NCBI GenBank assembly: GCA_050633285.1
Contig: JBOEGG010000001.1
Span: 456,134-520,133 of the forward strand
Direction: 5' to 3'
Length of the DNA: 64,000 bases
Source: Alphaproteobacteria bacterium
GTDB taxonomy: Bacteria > Pseudomonadota > Alphaproteobacteria > Micavibrionales > Micavibrionaceae
Shown here: positions 58,739-64,000 of the stretch, piece after piece
Position numbering within the stretch: position 1 is the stretch's first letter
Layout: each line of letters begins with the position of its first letter
The notes under the pieces: model-generated
The model's database searches: none
What the model was told of the DNA's origin: nothing
Seen by the model: the letters and a program-made list of their open reading frames with translations, nothing else
Position numbers and translations under genes: made by a program

Positions 58739-59251
58739 TTAGCCAATAACCTGCAAATCAACGGCTTCACGTCCTTTATCGACGAATTTTAACGTAACAC
58801 GAACGCGCTGGCCTGCTTCTAATTCGTCTAGTTCAAGCTTGTCTAAAAGAGTTTTGTGAATGAAAACGTCTTTCATGCCATCATCAGGGATAATAAACCC
58901 AAACCCTTTTTCCGGCTTATACCATTTTACAAGGCCACCCATTGTTGCCATACCGGTTTCTTCGTTTATTTCCGGAGCAGTGCTTAGCGCACCCTTGTCC
59001 AAAACTTCAAGGACTTCTTGAACCTGACGACCTTTATCACCATTACTGACTGTACATAATAATATTGCACCTTCGCCAATAGAGTGCAGCCCTGATTGCT
59101 GCAAGGTTGTAACATGTAGGAATGCATCATAACTTTCATCTTCGGGAACAACAAAGCCAAAGCCTTTAGTGCCATTGAACCATTTAAGGTGCATTTTAAC
59201 GGGAACGAGCTCATTTTGAGGAGAGGAATTTTGAACGGAATTTTGCAACAT
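58739..59251 (-). CDS. Tandem cold-shock-domain protein (2 CSDs)
   Basis: Two KWFN/KWYK.EKGFGFI…DVF.H motifs in one 170-aa protein; 105 bp upstream of the prepilin operon on the same strand. Confidence 0.85.
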   Translation of the reverse strand: MLQNSVQNSSPQNELVPVKMHLKWFNGTKGFGFVVPEDESYDAFLHVTTLQQSGLHSIGEGAILLCTVSNGDKGRQVQEVLEVLDKGALSTAPEINEETGMATMGGLVKWYKPEKGFGFIIPDDGMKDVFIHKTLLDKLELDELEAGQRVRVTLKFVDKGREAVDLQVIG

Positions 59252-59510
59252 TGGAACGCCTATTCAGTAGAATTACTTAAATTTTATTGCCCAAGAGGGC
59301 GGATGGAAAGATACGCAGAACTTACGTGAGGAGTACACACTTGTGGATATGTTGCACTATTTCTGTGGAAAAGTCTATGGGCTTTTTATGTATAAGTATT
59401 TTACATGCGTGGTTATGCGCTAAACCTATTGATGTTTATGCAGCATACTGTTTCCTGAATTGTGAATGAATGTGATATACTGGCTCCTTGATAGAGTGTG
59501 ATGAGGAACT

Positions 59511-61196
59511 ATGAACGATCAAGATTATCCGTGGCTAAAAGATTATCCGTCAGAAATTGAATGGGACGAGACCATTGAAACAAAGCCGGTTTTTGAGATG
59601 CTGCAAAATACGGCGCAACAATTCCCTTCACATCCTGCTTTTGATTTTCTTGGTAAGAAATATTCTTGGCAAGAAATACATGACCAAACATGTAAGCTTG
59701 CAAAAGGGCTTCAGGATCATGGCGTGACAAAAGGAATGAAGGTTGGAATATTTTTACCGAACTGTCCGTATTATCTGACCTCTTATTATGCAATTTTGAT
59801 GACAGGTGCAGTTGTTGTAAATTTAAACCCTCTCTATGCAGAAGAAGAACTCGTCCACCTAATAGAGGATAGTGAACTGGATTTGGTTATCACGCTCGAT
59901 CTGAAAATGCTATTCGAGAAGATGGAGAAAATGTTGCAGGCAACTAGGCTGCGTCATTTGATTATTTGTCCGTTTGTTGATGTGTTGCCGTTTCCGAAAA
60001 ATATGTTATTTCCTCTGGTGAAAAGGAAAGAGATTGCGAAAATTACAGGCAATAAACGGATATTATGGTTTAAAGACCTTATTGATAATAATGGTGATGT
60101 TGCACTGGCCGATATAAACCCGAAAGAAGACTTAGCTGTTTTGCAATATACGGGTGGTACAACAGGTGTGCCAAAGGGTGCAATGTTGACGCATCAAAAC
60201 ATCTACGCCAATACGTTACAGGCGCAAAAATGGTTTCATGTTGGTCTTGGGCAACATAAAATGCTTGGCGTTCTGCCATTTTTCCACGTATTTGCCATGA
60301 CTGCTGTTATGAATTTTAGTGTGATAAACGCGCTAGAGTTGATCGCATTACCGCGTTTTGACCTACATGATGCCTTAAAGCTCATCCATAAGAAAAAACC
60401 TCATTTCTTTCCTGCTGTCCCCGCGATTTATAGTGCAATTAATAATTCTCCGCTGCGGGATAAATATGATTTGTCATCATTAGAATATTGTTTATCCGGT
60501 GGAGCACCTTTGCCGGTGGAGGTGAAAAAGAAATTTGAAGAAAAAACAGGGTGTGTTGTGATTGAAGGGTACGGCTTAACGGAAAGCTCACCTGTGGCAT
60601 GCGCAAATCCTATTGATGGAGAAAACAGGGCTGGCACAATTGGTTTTCCATTCCCCGGAACGATTATTGAGATTATTGACCCTGAAGATAAAGAAACACA
60701 TATGCCAATTGGTGAGCGCGGCGAGCTTTGTATTCGTGGGCCTCAAGTTATGAAGGGGTATTGGAATAAACCGGATGCAACGGCCGACTGCTTGCGCACA
60801 ACGGGAGAGGGCGATTTCCGCCTGCATACCGGAGATATCGCCATTATGGCACAGGACGGGTATGTCGCAATTGTTGATCGTTTAAAAGATATGATAATCA
60901 CCAATGGCTATAATGTTTATCCGCGCAATGTCGAGGAGGCAATTTATAAGCATCCAAGTGTAGAGGAATGTATTGTTGCCGGTTTACCGGATGAGCATCG
61001 CGGTGAAATTGTAAAAGCGTGGATCAAGGTACGCGATGGACGTGAACTAACAGTCGAAGATTTAAAAGAATTCCTAAAGGATAAAATTTCTCCGATGGAA
61101 ATTCCAAAGCGCATAGAGTTCCGTACAGAACCCTTACCCAAAACTATGATCGGTAAGCTCAGCCGTAAAGATATTTTGGCGGAAGAACAGGAGTAA
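59511..61196 (+). CDS. Long-chain fatty-acid--CoA ligase (AMP-binding family)
   Basis: YTGGTTGVPKGAMLTH AMP-binding motif; GYGLTE; C-terminal PKT.IGK. Confidence 0.85.
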   Translation: MNDQDYPWLKDYPSEIEWDETIETKPVFEMLQNTAQQFPSHPAFDFLGKKYSWQEIHDQTCKLAKGLQDHGVTKGMKVGIFLPNCPYYLTSYYAILMTGAVVVNLNPLYAEEELVHLIEDSELDLVITLDLKMLFEKMEKMLQATRLRHLIICPFVDVLPFPKNMLFPLVKRKEIAKITGNKRILWFKDLIDNNGDVALADINPKEDLAVLQYTGGTTGVPKGAMLTHQNIYANTLQAQKWFHVGLGQHKMLGVLPFFHVFAMTAVMNFSVINALELIALPRFDLHDALKLIHKKKPHFFPAVPAIYSAINNSPLRDKYDLSSLEYCLSGGAPLPVEVKKKFEEKTGCVVIEGYGLTESSPVACANPIDGENRAGTIGFPFPGTIIEIIDPEDKETHMPIGERGELCIRGPQVMKGYWNKPDATADCLRTTGEGDFRLHTGDIAIMAQDGYVAIVDRLKDMIITNGYNVYPRNVEEAIYKHPSVEECIVAGLPDEHRGEIVKAWIKVRDGRELTVEDLKEFLKDKISPMEIPKRIEFRTEPLPKTMIGKLSRKDILAEEQE

Positions 61197-61202
61197 GGGA
61201 CG

Positions 61203-61757
61203 TTAAGCTCTGAGTGTTTCAAGGCACATTTCATAGATGTATTCCTGTGCGCATGTACCGTCAGGCCAGGTCGTACTGTTTGTGCCAATAAACGAAAATC
61301 CGTTCCTTAATATTGCGCGCTTTGATGGTTCGTTTCCTTCGCGATGTGCGATATGGAGCGTTTTCCATGGCGTATGTGATATGGAAAATTTTATGCGTTC
61401 TTCGTAAAATAAATCGGAATATTTGTTTCCTCTATATTCCGGCTCAATAAAGCTCATCGCCATAAGTCCTGTGTCGCCCTCTTGGCGTTCTCGCCAAGTG
61501 AAAACGGCGGTGATGCCGATTAGGTTTCCTTCGTGAAAGAGTCCGAGAACTCTTTTCCCATGGTTATCCAGCGTGCTCTGCCAATGTGCGCGAGGTTGCG
61601 CCATTGAATCATCCACCGTTTGTGAAAAATATTGTGGGTGTAAGGTGAGCGCCCTAATACGTACTTCTCTGAATATTTCCCAATCTTCGGGAATGAGTGT
61701 GCGGATTGTAACGTTACCCACGTAAAACGCCGCCGCATTTATTGGCAATGACATCAA
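61203..61757 (-). CDS. GNAT-family N-acetyltransferase
   Basis: GNAT fold; start overlaps the pheT 3' end by ~44 nt. Confidence 0.6.
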   Translation of the reverse strand: MMSLPINAAAFYVGNVTIRTLIPEDWEIFREVRIRALTLHPQYFSQTVDDSMAQPRAHWQSTLDNHGKRVLGLFHEGNLIGITAVFTWRERQEGDTGLMAMSFIEPEYRGNKYSDLFYEERIKFSISHTPWKTLHIAHREGNEPSKRAILRNGFSFIGTNSTTWPDGTCAQEYIYEMCLETLRA

Positions 61758-64000
61758 TCACATTATTCATGATTTCTTCAATTTTTTCATCCGTCAATGT
61801 CGTTTCAGTCGGTTGAATAGTAATATTCAGCGCAAGTGATTTATGACCGTCTTCTATGCCTTTACCGGCATAAACATCAAAAATTTCTGCATGCGTAATT
61901 AATTTCTTATCGGCGGATTTCGCCGCGCGTATGAGCGTAGCTGATTGAACATCCTCTTTAACAATAAATGCAAAATCCTTGGAAACGGCCTGCAAGCTTG
62001 CAAGTTTTAAGAGTGATCGTGCTGTCCCTTTTTTGCGTGGAGCAGGGATGTTTTCAAGGAAGACCTCAAAGCCTACAACGCTTGTTTTGATGTTCATTTC
62101 TTCTAAAATGGCGGGATGAATCTCACCAAATTGCGCGATGATGTTTTTACCAAGGCGTAAAACACCAGAGCGTCCCGGGTGATAGTAATTCGGAGCATCA
62201 TTGGAAATCTGCGCATTTGCGGCAGGCGCACCACATGCCTCTAAAACGGCTAAAACATCGGCTTTTGCGTCATATGCATCGACGGTGCGTTCACCTTCTG
62301 TCCAATGGCGTGTAGTTTTTTGACCTGCCCGAATACCTGCGGCCATATAATCTTGCCCGTTGGCTTTTGATGTACGGAAAATTGGCCCCACTTCGCATAA
62401 GGCAACATCGGGAAATCCGCGACTCTCATTACGTCCTGCTGCTTCGATTAAATTTGGCAAAATAGACGGGCGCATCTGATCCAATTCGGAACTGATCGGG
62501 TTGCTAAGTGTAAGGGCGGCGTTGTCATTTGACCCAAAGTGCTGCGCTAGTGGCTTTGGCATGAATGACCATGTAACACATTCATTCATACCTGCTGCTG
62601 CCATGGCCGCACGTGCTCTACGAGACCTGTTAAGATTCAATGTTTCCGCAGGTGCTGTGACGGCTTTATCCCCGCGTACAGAAACGGGCTCAATCTTGTC
62701 ATATCCATAGATGCGCGTGATTTCTTCGGTGAGGTCTGCTTTACCCTCAACATCACCACGCCAAGAAGGGGGGGTAACCTTATAAGGGGCAGTGTCACCA
62801 GAAACGATAAATCCTAATTTTTGTAAAACGGAAACTTGCTCGTTTTCTGCGACGTCAATACCGCAAAGTTTCTTTGTGTAGGCAGGATCAAAGTCAATTT
62901 CACGCTTCCACTGTGGCTCATCACCTGCTTTTACGACGTGGCTCACTTCTGTTTGTTCATCGCCGCACAGATCAAGTATTAAGCGCGTTGCAAGCTCAAT
63001 ACCTGTTTTTGTGAATTCAGGATCAACACCGCGGTCAAAACGGTATCGGGCATCACTTTGTACGCCCATATCACGTCCTGCGCGTGCAATGCGCATCGGT
63101 TCAAAATAGGCACATTCAACAAAAACATTGGTGGTGTTCTCATCGCAGCATGTTGATGTGCCACCAACAATACCACCAAGTCCGATAAGGCCGCTTTCAT
63201 CGGTAATACCGATCGCGCCTTCAACTGTATTATATGATTTATCGTTGAGTGCATCTAGTTCTTCGTCTTTGCGCGTTGCACGCACGATAATATCGCCCTT
63301 CAATTTGTCAGCATCAAAAACATGAAGCGGACGGCATTGGTCGAGGGTTAAAAGGTTCGTAATATCAACAAGCGTAGAAATAGGGCGCAATCCCACGGCT
63401 TTTAACATATTCTGCAACCAATCGGGCGATGGGCTGTTTTTTACATTTTTGATTAAACGGCCATAAAATAATTTACACCCATCATCTTCGATTTTTACAT
63501 TGATAGGGGAATCGAACGTACCTGTGTGCGCGCTTTCGTCCTGATCCTTTAATGTCCCCAAACCGGCGGCGGCCAAATCACGCGCAATACCGCGTACACC
63601 GGCACAATCTGCGCGGTTCGGTGTTAGGCCAATCTCAATTAACTTTTCATCTAAACCAAAAATATCGGAAATAGGCGTGCCAATGTCATGTTTGGCATCC
63701 ACATCGATGATGCCGTTATGTTCATCTGATAGGCACATTTCCTTTTCGGAAACCATCATACCATTTGACTCAACGCCACGAATTTTTGTCTTTTTTAACG
63801 TAACATCAAGCCCCGGAATATATGTCCCTGATGGCGCGAATATAACTTTCATGCCTGCTTGTGCATTTGGCGCACCACAAACAACCTGTGTAGTTCCGTC
63901 TTGCGTACGAACTTTACATACTTTCAGCTTATCCGCATCAGGGTGCTTTTCTGCTTCTTCCACATAGGCAACCTTAAACGGCGCGTATGCTGCGCCTTTA
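61714..64000 (-). CDS. pheT: Phenylalanine--tRNA ligase beta subunit, N-terminus beyond window end
   Basis: tRNA-binding domain (…EKHPDADKLKVCKV…), B3/4, B5 and FDX-ACB domains. The frame stays open upstream of the track's GTG at 63963 (…KGAAYAPFKVAYVEEAEK…), so the gene continues past position 64000. Confidence 0.9.
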   Translation of the reverse strand, partial: KGAAYAPFKVAYVEEAEKHPDADKLKVCKVRTQDGTTQVVCGAPNAQAGMKVIFAPSGTYIPGLDVTLKKTKIRGVESNGMMVSEKEMCLSDEHNGIIDVDAKHDIGTPISDIFGLDEKLIEIGLTPNRADCAGVRGIARDLAAAGLGTLKDQDESAHTGTFDSPINVKIEDDGCKLFYGRLIKNVKNSPSPDWLQNMLKAVGLRPISTLVDITNLLTLDQCRPLHVFDADKLKGDIIVRATRKDEELDALNDKSYNTVEGAIGITDESGLIGLGGIVGGTSTCCDENTTNVFVECAYFEPMRIARAGRDMGVQSDARYRFDRGVDPEFTKTGIELATRLILDLCGDEQTEVSHVVKAGDEPQWKREIDFDPAYTKKLCGIDVAENEQVSVLQKLGFIVSGDTAPYKVTPPSWRGDVEGKADLTEEITRIYGYDKIEPVSVRGDKAVTAPAETLNLNRSRRARAAMAAAGMNECVTWSFMPKPLAQHFGSNDNAALTLSNPISSELDQMRPSILPNLIEAAGRNESRGFPDVALCEVGPIFRTSKANGQDYMAAGIRAGQKTTRHWTEGERTVDAYDAKADVLAVLEACGAPAANAQISNDAPNYYHPGRSGVLRLGKNIIAQFGEIHPAILEEMNIKTSVVGFEVFLENIPAPRKKGTARSLLKLASLQAVSKDFAFIVKEDVQSATLIRAAKSADKKLITHAEIFDVYAGKGIEDGHKSLALNITIQPTETTLTDEKIEEIMNNVIDVIANKCGGVLRG

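Overview
This window reads as a low-GC alphaproteobacterial chromosome segment. The assignment rests on gcrA, a single-copy rsh, and the rpmH-rnpA-yidD-yidC-engB, def-fmt-truA, dapD/dapE, glmU/glmS, acpS-lepB-rnc-era and pheT housekeeping blocks. Coding is dense on both strands. I found no transposase, integrase, phage gene or CRISPR array.

Two accessory regions stand out:
- **Adhesin island (1-14.4 kb).** It holds a partial outer-membrane beta-barrel gene, a secreted PL7-like lyase-fold protein, an RTX/cadherin-repeat protein with a type I secretion C-terminal signal, a lipoprotein-like cadherin-repeat protein, a 2,237-aa protein with a TPS/FHA-like N-domain and dozens of parallel beta-helix repeats, and an orphan cytoplasmic protein. 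The adhesin genes share near-identical repeat cassettes.
- **Giant prepilin-like operon (53.5-58.6 kb).** Three tandem genes of 430, 830 and 437 aa each carry a canonical type IV prepilin leader. They share an N-terminal module with YPCP, SHGxN..GG and ENCD motifs, and have different cysteine-rich C-termini. No pilus machinery is visible in the window. This is my best candidate for an undescribed modular-pilin adhesin family.

Smaller points: a Leu-rich leader peptide (MNTLLLLNILLIHP) with a hairpin attenuator upstream of leuA, a perfect DnaA box upstream of gcrA, a consensus sigma70 promoter upstream of rpmH, an HD-motif gene between dapD and dapE, and a coupled pair of small acidic proteins beside tRNA-Gly(GCC). 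All functional calls come from motif recognition in the translated ORFs. I ran no database searches.
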